In this document: one piece after another, positions 27,301 to 41,384 of the stretch
Layout: every line of letters starts with the position of its first letter
How positions within the stretch are numbered: position 1 is the first letter of the stretch
Assembly: GCA_964016885.1 (NCBI GenBank)
Contig: OZ024754.1
Span: forward strand, 16,182,001 to 16,246,000
Direction: 5' to 3'
DNA: 64,000 bases
DNA from: Eledone cirrhosa
Taxonomy: Eukaryota
Program-made: the position numbers and the translations under genes
The notes under the pieces: model-generated
The model's input: only the letters and a program-made list of their open reading frames with translations
Told to the model about the DNA's origin: nothing
Databases searched by the model: none

Positions 27301-30300
27301 TTATACAGTGTCATAACACCACTCTGTTATACAGTGTCATAACACCACTGTTATACTGTGTCATAACACCACTGTTATACAGTGTCATAACACCTCTGTT
27401 ATACAGTGTCATAACACCACTGTTATACAGTGTCATAACATCACTGTTATACAGTGTCATAACACCACTGTTACAGTGTCATAACACCACTGTTATACTG
27501 TGTCATAACACCACTGTTACAGTGTCATAACACCACTGTTATACAGTGTCATAACACCACTGTTATACAGTGTCATAACACCACTGTTATGTAGTGTCAT
27601 AACCACTGTTATACAGTGTCATAACCCCACTCTGTTATACAGTGTCATAACACCACTGTTATACTGTGTCATAACACAACTGTTATACTGTGTCATAACA
27701 CCACTGTTATACAGTGTCATAACACCACTGTTATACAGTGTCATAACACCACTGTTATGTAGTGTCATAACCACTGTTATACAGTGTCATAACACCACTC
27801 TGTTATACAGTGTCATAACACCACTGTTATACTGTGTCATAACACCACTGTTATACAGTGTCATAACACCTCTGTTATACAGTGTCATAACACCACTGTT
27901 ATACAGTGTCATAACACCACTGTTATACAGTGTCATAACACCACTCTGTTATACAGTGTCATAACACCACTGTTATACAGTGTCATAACACCACTGTTAT
28001 AGTGTCATAACACCACTGTTATACAGTGTCATAACACCACTGTTATGTAGTGTCATAACACCACTGTTATACAGTGTCAACACCACTGTTATACAGTGTC
28101 ATAACACCACTCTGTTATACAGTGTCATCACACCACTGTTATACAGTGTCATAACACCACTGTTATACAGTGTCATAACACCACTCTGTTATACAGTGTC
28201 ATAACACCACTGTTATACAGTGTCATAACACCACTGTTATGTAGTGTCATAACACCACTCTGTTATACAGTGTCATCACACCACTGTTATGTAGTGTCAT
28301 AACACCACTGTTATACTGTGTCATAACACCACTCTGTTATACAGTGTCATAACACCAGTTATAGTGTCATAACACCACTGTTATACAGTGTCCTAACACC
28401 ACTGTTATACAGTGTCATAACACCACTGTTATACAGTGTCATAACACCACTGTTATACAGTGTCATAACACCACTCCGTTATACAGTGTCATAACACCAC
28501 TGTTATACTGTGTCATAACACCACTGTTATACAGTGTCATAACACCACTGTTATGTAGTGTCATAACCACTGTTATACAGTGTCATAACCCCACTCTGTT
28601 ATACAGTGTCATAACACCACTGTTATACTGTGTCATAACACCACTGTTATACTGTGTCATAACACCACTGTTATACAGTGTCATAACACCACTGTTATAC
28701 AGTGTCATAACACCACTGTTATGTAGTGTCATAACCACTGTTATACAGTGTCATAACACCACTCTGTTATACAGTGTCATAACACCACTGTTATACTGTG
28801 TCATAACACCACTGTTATACAGTGTCATAACACCTCTGTTATACAGTGTCATAACACAACTGTTATACAGTGTCATAACACCACTGTTATACTGTTTCAT
28901 AACACCACTGTTATACTGTGTCATAACACCACTCTGTTATACAGTGTCATAACACCACTGTTATACAGTGTCATAACACCACTCTGTTATACAGTGTCAT
29001 AACACCACTCTGTTATACAGTGTCATAACACCACTGTTATACAGTGTCATAACACCACTGTTATACAGTGTCATAACACCACTGTTATAGTGTCATAACA
29101 CCACTGTTATACAGTGTCATAACACCACTGTTATGTAGTGTCATAACACCACTGTTATACAGTGTCAACACCACTGTTATACAGTGTCATAACACCACTC
29201 TGTTATACAGTGTCATCACACCACTGTTATACAGTGTCATAACACCACTCTGTTATACAGTGTCATAACACCACTGTTATACAGTGTCATAACACCACTG
29301 TTATGTAGTGTCATAACCACTGTTATACAGTGTCATAACACCACTCTGTTATACAGTGTCATAACACCACTGTTACACTGTGTCATAACACCACTGTTAT
29401 ACAGTGTCATAACACCTCTGTTATACAGTGTCATAACACCTCTGTTATACAGTGTCATAACACCACTGTTACAGTGTCATAACACCACTCTGTTATACAG
29501 TGTCATAACACTAGTTATAGTGTCATAACACCACTGTTATACTGTGTCATAACACCACTGTTATACTGTGTCATAACACCACTCTGTTATACATTGTCAT
29601 AACACCACTGTTATACTGTGTCATAACACCACTCTGTTATACAGTGTCATAACACCACTCTGTTATACTGTGTCATAACACCACTGTTATACAGTGTCAT
29701 AACACCACTGTTATACAGTGTCATAACACCTCTGTTATACAGTGTCATAACATCACTGTTATGTAGTGTCATAACACCAGTTATGTAGTGTCATAACACC
29801 ACTGTTATACAGTGTCATAACACCACTCTGTTATACAGTGTCATCACACCACTGTTATACAGTGTCATAACACCACTGTTATACAGTCATAACACCACTG
29901 TTATACAGTGTCATAACACCACTGTTATACAGTTTCATAAGACCACTCTGTTATACAGTGTCATCACACCACTGTTATACAGTGTCATAACACCACTGTT
30001 ATACAGTGTCATAACACCACTGTTATACAGTGTCATAACACCACTGTTATACAGTGTCATAACACCACTCTGTTATACAGTGTCATAACACCACTATGTT
30101 ATACTGTGTCATAACACCACTCTGTTATACAGTGTCATCACACCACTGTTATACAGTGTCATCACACCACTGTTATACAGTGTCATAACACCACTGTTAT
30201 ACAGTGTCATAACACCACTGTTATACAGTGTCATAACACCACTGTTATACAGTGTCATAAGACCACTCTGTTATACAGTGTCATCACACCACTGTTATAC

Positions 30301-31396
30301 AGTGTCATAACACCACTGTTATACAGTGTCATAAGACCACTGTTATACAGTGTCATAAGACCACTGTTATACAGTGTCATAAGACCACTCTGTTATACAG
30401 TGTCATCACACCACTGTTATACAGTGTCATAACACCACTGTTATACAGTGTTATAACACCACTGTTATACAGTGTCATAACACCTCTGTTATACAGTGTC
30501 ATAACACCACTGTTATGTAGTGTCATAACACCACTGTTATGTAGTGTCATAACACCACTGTTATACAGTGTCATAACACCACTCTGTTATACAGTGTCAT
30601 CACACCACTGTTATACAGTGTCATAACACCACTGTTATACAGTCATAACACCACTGTTATACAGTGTCATAACACCACTGTTATACAGTGTCATAAGACC
30701 ACTCTGTTATACAGTGTCATAACACCACTGTTATACAGTGTCATAACACCACTGTTATACAGTGTCATAACACCACTGTTATACAGTGTCATAACACCAC
30801 TCTGTTATACAGTGTCATAACACCACTCTGTTATACTGTGTCATAACACCACTCTGTTATACAGTGTCATCACACCACTGTTATACAGTGTCATCACACC
30901 ACTGTTATACAGTGTCATCACACCACTGTTATACAGTGTCATAACACCACTGTTATACAGTGTCATAATACCACTGTTATACAGTGTCATAACACCACTG
31001 TTATACAGTGTCATAACACCACTCTGTTATACAGTGTCATCACACCACTGTTATACAGTGTCATAACACCAGTTATATAGTGTCATAACACCACTGTCAT
31101 ACAGTGTCATAAGACCACTGTTATACAGTGTCATAACACCACTCTGTTATACAGTGTCATAACACCACTGTTATACAGTGTCATAACACCACTGTTATAC
31201 AGTGTCATAACACCACTGTTATACAGTGTCATAACACCACTCTGTTATACAGTGTCATAACACCACTCTGTTATACTGTGTCATAACACCACTCTGTTAT
31301 ACAGTGTCATCACACCACTGTTATACAGTGTCATCACACCACTGTTATACAGTGTCATAACACCACTGTTATACAGTGTCATAACACCACTCTATT
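21341..31396. repeat. ~10 kb tandem satellite of a 24-bp unit ACAGTGTCATAACACCACTGTTAT
   Basis: Roughly 400+ head-to-tail units with 22- and 26-bp and GTAGTG/ACTGTG variants; translates as (MTLYNSGV)n; no unique spacers. Confidence 0.98.
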
Positions 31397-31762
31397 ACCA
31401 AATCAATAACCTTCTGTAGTATCATAACACCATTCTCTTATTTCATGATCTCAACTTGACATTGAAGCTTTAAGCTGTTTCTCAACCAACTCCTCAAATT
31501 CACAATTTACATCCACATCACATTAATCTTGTAATCCTATGATCGATACCATATTTGTATCATCTTAAGTGAAAACTGTAGCAATATGTTTTTCTCTCTC
31601 TTCTTTTTTTATTTCTTTAATATTGCTATCATCTTCATCTAAGCTGAGACAGTAACACAGTCTCTATCCCAGGTTGAAACCCATTACACGACACTTACAC
31701 TCTTAATACATTGGAGAAAGACACAAACACCCACCAGCCAACTAATATTTCCATTTACTTAC

Positions 31763-31991
31763 TTAACCCTCTAGCATTTAAACTGGCCGTATCCAGCTAG
31801 AATCCTCTCACCTCTTTCTGTTCAAACCAGCCATAACCAGCCATTCATACTGACGTTAAGGTATTGTTCTCAAAATAAATAATATCAAAATCTCATAGAT
31901 TCAAAATCATGTGAGGTAATTATGTGAGGTGAAGCCTTTACAACTAAAATACAATAGTAAATATAGAGTAATGTAAATGCTAAAGAGTTAA
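31763..31991 (-). mobile_element. TTAA-flanked piggyBac-type MITE
   Basis: ttaaccctctagcattta ... taaatgctaaagagttaa; reverse orientation relative to the 7728 copy. Confidence 0.88.
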
Positions 31992-32227
31992 TCTTGTTGT
32001 TATTACAAAGCCACAGGTGAGCCCAGATTGAGCAGACCTATGATCAAAGGGTTAATGTTGTTGTTGTTATAAAGCCACAGGTCAGCCCAGATTGAGCAGA
32101 CCTATGATCAAAGGATATTCAAACCATGACTGCCCTGCTTTATTTTTTTTTTTATAACAATGCAACACTAAAAGTAAACACGGAGGCAATATAAGGTTCA
32201 ATTTGGTCTAGCATCAGACATCTCTAG

Positions 32228-32650
32228 AGTTGGTACCATGATAAAATGCACCACGTACACCCACCCTATAAAGAGTTAGTGTTGGTACCATGATAAAATG
32301 CACCACGTATACCCTATAAAGAGTTAGTGTTGGTACCATGATAAAATGCACCACGTACACCCTATAAAGAGTTAGTGTTGGTACCATGATAAAATGCACC
32401 ACGTATACCCACCCTATAAAGAGTTAGTGTTGGTACCATGATAAAATGCACCACGTACACCCTATAAAGAGTTAGTGTTGGTACCATGATAAAATGCACC
32501 ACGTACACCCTATAAAATGTTAGTGTTGGTACCATGATAAAATGCACCACGTATACCCTATAAAATGTTAGTGTTGGTACCATGATAAAATGAACCATGT
32601 ACACCCTATAAAGTGTTAGTGTTGAATGCACCACGTACACCCTATAAAGT
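32228..32650 (+). repeat. 48-bp minisatellite (~8-9 copies) derived from an RTE-related element
   Basis: Unit gttagtgttggtaccatgataaaatgcaccacgtacaccctataaaga. Confidence 0.92.
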
Positions 32651-32820
32651 GGTGGTGCCAGGATAAAATACACTGAGCCTACTCTGTAAAGTGGTGGTGG
32701 TGCTGGTGTCACAAAAAATGTACCCACTACAATTAGTAAGCTGGATTTAATGTTTGATGATTATAGCCACAATTAGCTTTTGAATTTGGAATAAATTACT
32801 TTGGATTATATTGTCTAACC

Positions 32821-33578
32821 CAAAGGTTCTCAACGGGGGCCATATGCACCCCTGGGGGGCGTTTCGGAACTCCAGAGGGGCGTTTGGGAGCAAGGTCGCA
32901 TGGGGGGGGGGCGTTTGGAGCTGGGAGAAGGGGGTTAAGGGGGCGTTGGAAGGCTCTTTATTTTGGTAAGTTTTATAAGCCATATTTGTATCTCTTTGAG
33001 ACAGCCAGTGTGAATGCATTTGAATGAGCTTGCAGACAGCATAACTATAGTCTGACCGCAGCTGTGAGCAGGTGTGTCCGGTAATTGAGATCCTAAAAAT
33101 GGAAAAACCCACAGTCAACTGGGTCAAAGACACTTTGAGCGCAGCCAGTTAGAATCTTATCTTTCCTTCACCGATAACAATGTATTTCATGTCTGAAATT
33201 ATTGACTCAACCACAACGAGTTATCACTATGTAGATCTATTTTATTCCCTATTGTATAAATAATATTACAAATAAAAAAAAAAAGAAAAGAAAAAACAGA
33301 AGCGAGTAGCACACACATCTAGGACCACATACAACACATAATCAGATAATACACACATCTAGGACCACATACAACACATAATCAGATAATACACACATCT
33401 AGGACCACATACAACACATAATACACACATCTTTGGAATATTGTTAATCAATTTTTTAGTAATCTACTGATATAAAAATCAGTAGTATATTGAAAAATGG
33501 AAAAATAGGGGGGGGGGGCGTTTCGTGATTTTGAGGGACAAAAGGGGGCGTTTGGCCTAAATGGGTTGAGAACCTGTG
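32821..33578. mobile_element. Non-autonomous hAT-type DNA transposon
   Basis: TIRs caaaggttctcaac / gttgagaacctgtg with perfect 8-bp TSD gtctaacc at 32813-32820 and 33579-33586; internal ~40-bp tandem repeat at 33310-33432. Confidence 0.88.
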
Positions 33579-34261
33579 GTCTAACCCATGCTAGCGTGGA
33601 AAATGGACATTAAACGAAGATGATGATGATGTCTTATTTATATTAATTTATCAAGGGAATGATGTTATTGAGGAGAATCACCAATTAGTCTAATAAAATA
33701 TATAAACCCTATTGAAATAAACATTAAGTTCTGGCGAAGAATCACACTTGTTTTAACGAAATAACATGTGGTGCAAGAAGAGTATGAAGAAGTTTGTAAA
33801 GGAATCGTCCCAGACACAGAAAGGATTACCTTATTTATTTGTCTATATGTTCACTACGTTGGTTAAAGTAATCTTTAATGATTCCGTCTAAAGCAGGAAG
33901 AACTGGTTTTCTTTTTCATTGTGTAATGAGAAGGTCGATAAGATTTCATTAAGAAAACTAGGTGAAGAAAAAAAAAGCAACAAAATTTTACCTTTTTATC
34001 TTCATTATTCATAATTATCTGTATGAGTTCTTAAGCCTATTTAACCGCAAAAGATGGAATAAGCAATTAAGAACATGGCTCAAGAGCATGAGCAAGAGGG
34101 AAAATAATAATAAAATAAACTAAATCATAGATCGGATTGGCCATAAACTAATCTCAAATGTACAGAACGTTCGTATGAAAGAAAAAACAATGTGTATTTA
34201 TTAACTTGAATAAAATAAAATGACTGCATTCTATTTTAATTAAATTCAAATTAAGTGTAAA

Positions 34262-34448
34262 TAACTGTTTCTACTTTTGGCACAAATCCAGCAAATACCC
34301 AGTGCATTACTGGTACTTTATTTTATCGACCCCGTAAGGATGAAAGACAAAGTTAACCTCGGCGGAATTTGAACTGAGAACGCAAAGGGCCATAACTCTA
34401 TGCTACAAAACATGTCTGACGTCCTATCGATACTGCCAATCCACCGCC
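34262..34448 (-). mobile_element. tRNA-derived SINE
   Basis: Reverse complement of the SINE at 7430-7622; a partial copy also lies at 34676-34780. Confidence 0.85.
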
Positions 34449-34984
34449 AAATTAAGTACATATAACGCAATTCATTAAGTATATCAAGTTCGATTTGTTG
34501 TATAGTGTTTATTGGAGGGGGGGGGGGGATGTTTCTTTATTTCTTTCGTAAATCATTTATTAGTCTTTCATTATTCATTATATAAATCGGTATTTATGCC
34601 CTAAATTTTATTCCATGCGGTGTAAATAAATCAGTTGTGAATACAATACACAACGAAAGAAAATAGTGTGACACAGTTGTTTCTACTTTTGGCACAAGGC
34701 CAGCAATTACTCCAGTGCATTACTGGTACTTTATTTTATCGAATCCCTATGAGGATGAAAGGCAAAGTTAACCTCGGTGGTGACATAATGTAATACATTT
34801 TGTGTCTGTGGATTGTTTTTTTTTCAATCCAAAGGAATACGTGTAAGCGGTATTTCTCCTACAGCTTTCACGTAAGTTTTAGAGAGTTTAGATAAATAAT
34901 TCAGCATTCAGTAATCAGAAGTAGGGAGGTAGGTGTAAAAACTAAACTCGCTGTTTTCAATTAGGCATTCGTGTCAACCCTCAC

Positions 34985-35410
34985 CTATTGTCACGAATCT
35001 TGGGTGATGACCGAAAGAATACGATCCGAAGGGTCTTTGGGGGTAAGGTTACTCGATAGAGTGCGTAGCTCGGAGAGCAGCGAGTCACTCCAGGCAGAGC
35101 CGCTACTTCTCTAAATTGAGAGATCATAGCTCCGATATTATAAGCATGTGGTTAGAATGTCCTAGGGAAGAATCGCTGGACAGATTTTACGAGCAAAACC
35201 AACCGACAGGAGACCCAGTGGTAGACCTCGAACAAGATGGTTGGATAACAACCATGAGCTTGGCTGGTCATGCTTGGGGATCCAACCGGATCAGTTGGAG
35301 TGTTTGAGGATGCTTCCCCCATGACCTTCTCAGGAATAAGTGGGCAAAGAAGATAATTATCATATCGGATAATAACACTTTGACAAAAGAGGTTCAATGA
35401 ACACTGCAAT
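34985..35410 (+). mobile_element. 3' fragment of a different RTE-clade LINE
   Basis: Frame reading like IERS.LRYYKHVVRM...GRRPSGRPRTRWLD; an inverted relative lies at 43790-43970. Confidence 0.65.
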
Positions 35411-36759
35411 TAAAAATACTTTGATTAGAAGAAAGTTATTAGACACTTGACTAGCTACATCGGTTTCCAGCGATTCCAACTGTGATGGTCATTTTCAAAG
35501 ACGCCTCATGTTATTAAATGCCCGTCATTAATCAGAAAGCAAGAGAAATAGCAACATATCAATGATTAATTTTACTTTCAAGATTTCTATAGAATCACTG
35601 ATAAGCTAAATATATTTTATGTGTGCAAGATATTTAAGCCAAACTATTGTTTTCCATTTTCTATCTTTCAGATTACACAATAGGCCTTAATAGAACTAGA
35701 ATTAGTCTATCTCACCTTGTTAACATATTTCAAAAGTCCTGCCAATGTCTAATAGAAGACTGCATACGGCGCCAAAAATCTAATGTAATCAGCATAAAAT
35801 TTCAAGATGGAAAATATTGGCGTTCTGGAGATACTGTTGTAACTTCTTGATGACGTAATCGACGCCCCCGTTTGAATATTGTATATGGCCTATATGTATA
35901 TATATATTGATATATAGATATGAAAGAATGTCCCGCGCGGTTAAGATCTTAAAATACTAATTCAAAAAAAGGTGGGCGAAGACAACGGAATAACGGACGA
36001 AACACAGGACAGTCCCTTCTCATCAGTCGACCTCTGGAGGTCATTGTGATTTCGTCGTCGTCGTTTAATATCCATTCTTCGATAGTAGCATGTGTTAGAT
36101 GAATTGTCCCGTTGTGAGACATGCCAAATCAGATGACCGTGTCTTGCTTATATATAAATAATCATCATCACCGTTTTACGTACATTCTTCCATGCTAGCA
36201 TGGGTTAAACGAATTGTCCTGTTGTGCGTAATGCTAGGTCAGGTGACCATGTCTTGTTCATACAGAACTGATTCTGGCTTGCTTTCTACAGCTGGATGTC
36301 GTTCCTAACGCCAACCTCATTTACAGTGAGTATTGGGTGCTTTTTGTCGTCACACCTACAAGACTACTTTACTGGGTGCTTTTTGTTGCCACACCTACAT
36401 AACCACTTTACACTGTGGGCTGGGCGCTTTTTGCTGTTCCACCACCGCGACCACTTTACATAGTATATATATATATATATATATATATACTAGCAGAGGT
36501 ATCTGGTAATGCCAGGGTATTTTATGAAAGTACCAGTATATTTTGACAAAATATTTGACCAATAAAATAGGATTACTGTATTTGCATTAAAATAGGAATT
36601 ATCGCTTGTTCAATGAAAAGCATCTAGATAAACATATTAGTGGTGGTGTTTTGAGGGAGATTTGTTTTCTATCTCTATCAGGTATATCATTATAGTGGCT
36701 CCCACTATACACACACGTGTGTGTATAATCTTTACTTTTTGCTTCATACATATATGCAA

Positions 36760-37330
36760 GTCTTCTGGAATATGTCATATCGTCTCAATCCTGTTATCTC
36801 TGCGAGGTTTCACATTTTAAGGCGTCTTTACCACTTCATCCCACATTTTCCAAGGTCTTCCACACCCACAGGTCACCTCAACTTTGAATGTTGTGCCCTT
36901 CCTTATGCAGCTTTCATCTTTTGCACATAGCAGCCCCCCAATTTACTATCAATTTTTTATCACATATTTCTTGACTTATATTCAAATATAGACAGCAACG
37001 TTTTATTTTTCTTGCACATTGCTATTAAACATCCACCGAACAATGTTCCCCATATTTCTTTCCAGTCATCATAAATTCTCTGCATTCGGTGCCCAAGTCT
37101 TACTTCCATGCAACATCACACACAAACATAATAGACTGTCTTTCATTCTGAGCAAAAACTCCTTTGTAACCAGCAGAACTAGTAGCTCCCTGAACTTTTT
37201 CAAACCTGTTTTTACCTTGGCTGCTCTACTTTCTGCACACCTACCTCCAGTACTAATTAGGTCACCCAGGTAGAAGCTGTCAACTATGTCTATGAAGCCC
37301 TCTGAGCATTTGATTGAGCCTGTTCATCTG
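36760..37330 (-). mobile_element. Decayed RTE LINE RT/thumb fragment
   Basis: Aligns by eye with 5130-5660 (LGDLISTGGG, KKFRELL, LHGS.TW). Confidence 0.7.
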
Positions 37331-37344
37331 TACTCTTGCTGCTT

Positions 37345-37705
37345 ACGGCAATGGTACTTTATTTTATTGACCCCAGAAGGATGAAAGGTTAAGTGGACTG
37401 TGGTGGGATTTGAACTCAGAATGTAAAGAGCCAGAACAAACATTGCTAAACATTTATCTAATGCCCTAACAACTCTGCCAACCATGAACAGCACAATAGT
37501 TTCTGATTTAGGCACAAGGCCAGCAATTTTGGGGGAGGGGAGGGGGGGGGGTTGATTAAAATCGACCTTAGTGCATTACTGCTACTTTATTTCATTGACC
37601 CTGTAAGAATGAAAGACAAAACTAACCTCGGAAGGATTTGAACTCAGAACGGAAAGGGACACAAAACATACTGCCTGACACTACTGATACTGCCAATCCA
37701 CTGCT
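37345..37705 (-). mobile_element. Two adjacent tRNA-derived SINE copies
   Basis: ggatgaaagg...ggatttgaactcagaa core occurs twice. Confidence 0.78.
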
Positions 37706-38325
37706 CTTTCTTCATGAACAGAATAATAGCAACAATTTGACATTAAGTAGAAATAAAATTTGATGAATAATTAAAAATTAACTTCATTAATGATTGATTG
37801 GCATTTTCTTGTTTCTGGTTTATTGCTGATTCTTGTATTGAGACAAGAATTTTTATTGGCACCAAGCACTTTGTGGTAATTCTGCTGGACATAGTTTTTT
37901 TTCTGTATAGTTTCATTTGTAAGCTATATAATTGGTTCTGTATCTGACCAATTATATGACAAGGAAAGGATATGGTGGAACAAATTCTTTTAATACAGAT
38001 GTGCCAAATAAATTATTGTGAAGGGACACAATCACCATACAACTGAATTTTCAATGTGTGAAGGGACTTTACTATAAGCAGCATGTGACCACCCTTCCCA
38101 CACTCACATGTTAGTTATAGCAAGGAATTAGGAAACATAATTGATAACTAGTAATTATTTATCTGTTATTAATTGTGCCAGTTGCCATCAAGACAATAAC
38201 ATTGGTTTTGTTGCCACAATATTATACACCCAGTACACTCTGTAATATGATGCTGCTGCCACAATACTATACACCCAGTACACTCTGTAAAGTGGTGCTG
38301 CTACAATAATTGTTTCTACTTTTGG

Positions 38326-38900
38326 CACAAGGCTAGCAATTACTCAGAGCATTACTGGTGCTTTATTTATCGACCCCGTAAGGATGAAAGGCAAAGTTAA
38401 CTTTGGTGGGATCATAGAGGGCTGTAACCATGCTGCAAAGCATGGCATCCAACCTTCTGATACTGCCAATCCACCTGCTGTTGCTACAATAATATGCTCC
38501 CAGTACACTCTGCAAAGTGGTGGTGGTGGTGCTGCCATAATGATATACTCCCAGTACACTTTGTAAAGTGGTTGGCATTAGAAATGGAATCAAACTGTAG
38601 AAACCATACTGAAAATGGAATGTATGGACAAGACAGTCACCAGATTAGTCCAACCACAGAACGTGACAAGCCATCTAACATGCTGGCTTGGAAAATAGAC
38701 ATTAAATAATTGTTTCTACTTTAGGCACAAGGCCAACAATTTCAAGGAAGGGAGAAAGTCGATGAAATCAACCCCAGTACTTACTGGTACTTTATTTTAT
38801 AGATCCCTTAAGGATGAAAAGCAAAGCTAACCTCGGTGGGATTTGAACTCAGAATGCAAGGGGCCGTAACTATGCCATGAAGCAGGGTGTCCGATGCTTA
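38326..38900 (-). mobile_element. SINE copies nested in an RTE-related short element
   Basis: SINE cores at 38326-38478 and 38706-38900; flanking duplications gctgctacaataat and tagacattaaataattgt. Confidence 0.75.
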
Positions 38901-39659
38901 TAGACATTAAATAATTGTGAGGATAAAATCAGAGCTTGTTCTGTATGAACTCAAAATCCAAAGAGATGAAATTAAACAGTCTCTGAAAATTTTACAGGTC
39001 TTAATATATAGAACCATAAGTCCTGATGGGGTTGTAGAGGCACTGTCTTAGGCACTTTAACCCTTTAGCATTTACATTACTCTATACTATTGTATTTTCA
39101 CAGTAAAGGCTTTACCTCACATAATATCGAAGCTATGAAATTTTGAAAGTGATAGAAGGCTAAACAATGCAAAATGGACGGTAAGATGAAGGTAACAAAA
39201 AAGTTACCTGGTGTTTTTTTTTTTTTTTTTTGTTTCTGTTTCTTTCATCCTAATATTTTGGAGCTTAAAATTCCCATCTTCAGAGTATAACTCTCAAAGA
39301 AAAATGTTCCAGTTTCTCTTTGGAATTAAATTTATATTTAAATTTTATAAACCACTTTCAAGCGTTGTTTGATGCTTGCTTTGTTATTTATGAGAAGCTC
39401 AAGGATGACATCAGTTGCTGATGTAATATTCCAAATGCAACCTAAACAACTTATTCAAGAAACTTTATTCCATGAAATATTACATCGTTAATTGAAGTCA
39501 TCCTCAAGCTTGTGAATAGTCACTTTTGATAATGAAAATACTGTGTACAGTGCTCAGGTGCACTAAAATTCATCAAAAGTGTATGTATAGTACATAGGGT
39601 AATGTACAAAATGAACAGTGCATGAGTCATGATATGCACGTGTGCATGTGTATGGAAAG

Positions 39660-40200
39660 GGTACATCAGGTGTAGTTTTGGCGAATTTCGGGAAGCATGA
39701 GGGTTTTAAAGGATGCAGTGTCTCGGCAACTAATAACTGACGCAGGCAGTTTGTTCCACGCTTCAGCAACTCTGAGCGTGAAAAAATGTTTCCGAAAGTC
39801 ATGGGAACTGTGCTGTTTTCTGACTGTAGGCATGTCCATGTGTGTTAGACACATGGAGATCAAAAAGGTGCTCAGGGTTGTTGTTGGCGAGATGGTTAAT
39901 AACTTTGGCAATGGACTTGGTAAATACCCACAGACGGAGCTTCAATGAATCCATTCCTAGGGAAGCAAGGCGTTCAGAGTATGGTAGGTGTCTGATGGAG
40001 GGTATGCGCTTGGTTGCACGTCTCTGAACAGTTTCCAGGAGGTCAATGTTCTGAGCAAGATAGGGGTTGCAGACTGATGATGCGAATTCCAAGTGTGGTC
40101 GGACCATAGCTGTATACAGCTTTAAATAGATGGCTGGAGAGTGGCTAACAAAGGTCTTGCTGAGTGATGCCAAGACACCCTCGGCCTTCTTGACAATTTT
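39660..40200 (-). mobile_element. CR1-clade LINE 3' fragment
   Basis: LYTAMVRPHLEFASSVCNPY...LETVQRRATKRIP...YSERL and HFFTLRVAEAWNKLP are classic CR1 ORF2 C-terminal motifs. Confidence 0.88.
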
Positions 40201-40389
40201 GGAGTCACTTTTAAAGAATTTCTATTTAAATTTAAATCTTCCAACATAATTTTATATAAGAAATATATGTTAATTTATTATTTTAATAATGAAATAATAA
40301 TTTTAGTAAATGCCTCAAAATTCTTCATTAATTAATTGAAATAGAGTGTATTTCATGAGAAAAACAGTAAGGGGTTAAATGTAGGGACT

Positions 40390-40632
40390 GATAAATTGAC
40401 AGAAATAGGTAGGTAAATAGATAGATAGAGAGATGGATGGAGAGAAATAGCAAGATGGATAGAGAGATGGATAAAAAAAATAGATAGATGAGGGTGGAGA
40501 AACAGATGGATCGAGAGAGTGAGAATAGATAGACAGACAGACTAATAGATGGATGGCAGTGGAGAGATAGAGAGATGGATCAAGAGATAGACAGACAGAC
40601 AGACAAAGATGTGGCTAGAGGTAGAGAGATAA
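40390..40632. repeat. Degenerate (GATA/GGAT/GACA)n microsatellite
   Basis: Purine-rich tetranucleotide runs. Confidence 0.8.
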
Positions 40633-41384
40633 ACCACAAAAAATACATCTATCATCTGTTATTTTGATATCTTGTCATTTTGTTATATCCTTTTTTCACA
40701 TATATATAAACCACATAAAACTACAAAAACTCTATAGCCACAATATAAACATCAACAGGTTATACACAACATAATTTCATCTAAGAGCCTTTTTGTCAAG
40801 TTATGATCCAAACAACAGTTTAGTAACAAATGATAAAGTTACTTATTTTACTAAATCCTTCAAATTTGTTTGATATTTTTTTCTTTAATTAAAGGAAACA
40901 CGCAGGGCTTTGTATTTCAATGAAATAAGGACACAAAAGGGTTAATATTTGAAGAGATTTAAAGCATTTTCTCGTATATTTTTAGAAATATCTTGAAAGA
41001 ATAACCAGCAGCTAAATAGTTAAAGAAATTTGGTTTTTTTTTTTTTCTTTGACAAAATTGTACCCTACCAACTAAGCTAAATATTAAAATACCTTATCTT
41101 TAAAATGGTTAATAAAATAAATCAACAAATCAATTAAAGGGAATAGATTGATTTTATAAATCTTTTTACTCTTTTGAAATAGATATTTATTTTTGTTCTT
41201 TAGTTTTTAATAAAATTAAATTAACCTCACAGATGTTTTATATCCTATCAAATGCTTTTTTGTTTAACTCTTCATAACAATAATAATTAAAATAATTAAA
41301 AAGATATGAGCAGAGGAAAAGCAAAAAAAGAAAAGCTTATGTATCACATATTTTCTTTTATAGTCAAAAGTATATAGCATCAAT

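Noticed and set aside
21341-31396. CRISPR-like array or repeat protein (MTLYNSGV)n
   Set aside because: Head-to-tail units with no unique spacers, no cas genes, eukaryotic context; frames are constantly broken by 2-bp indels.
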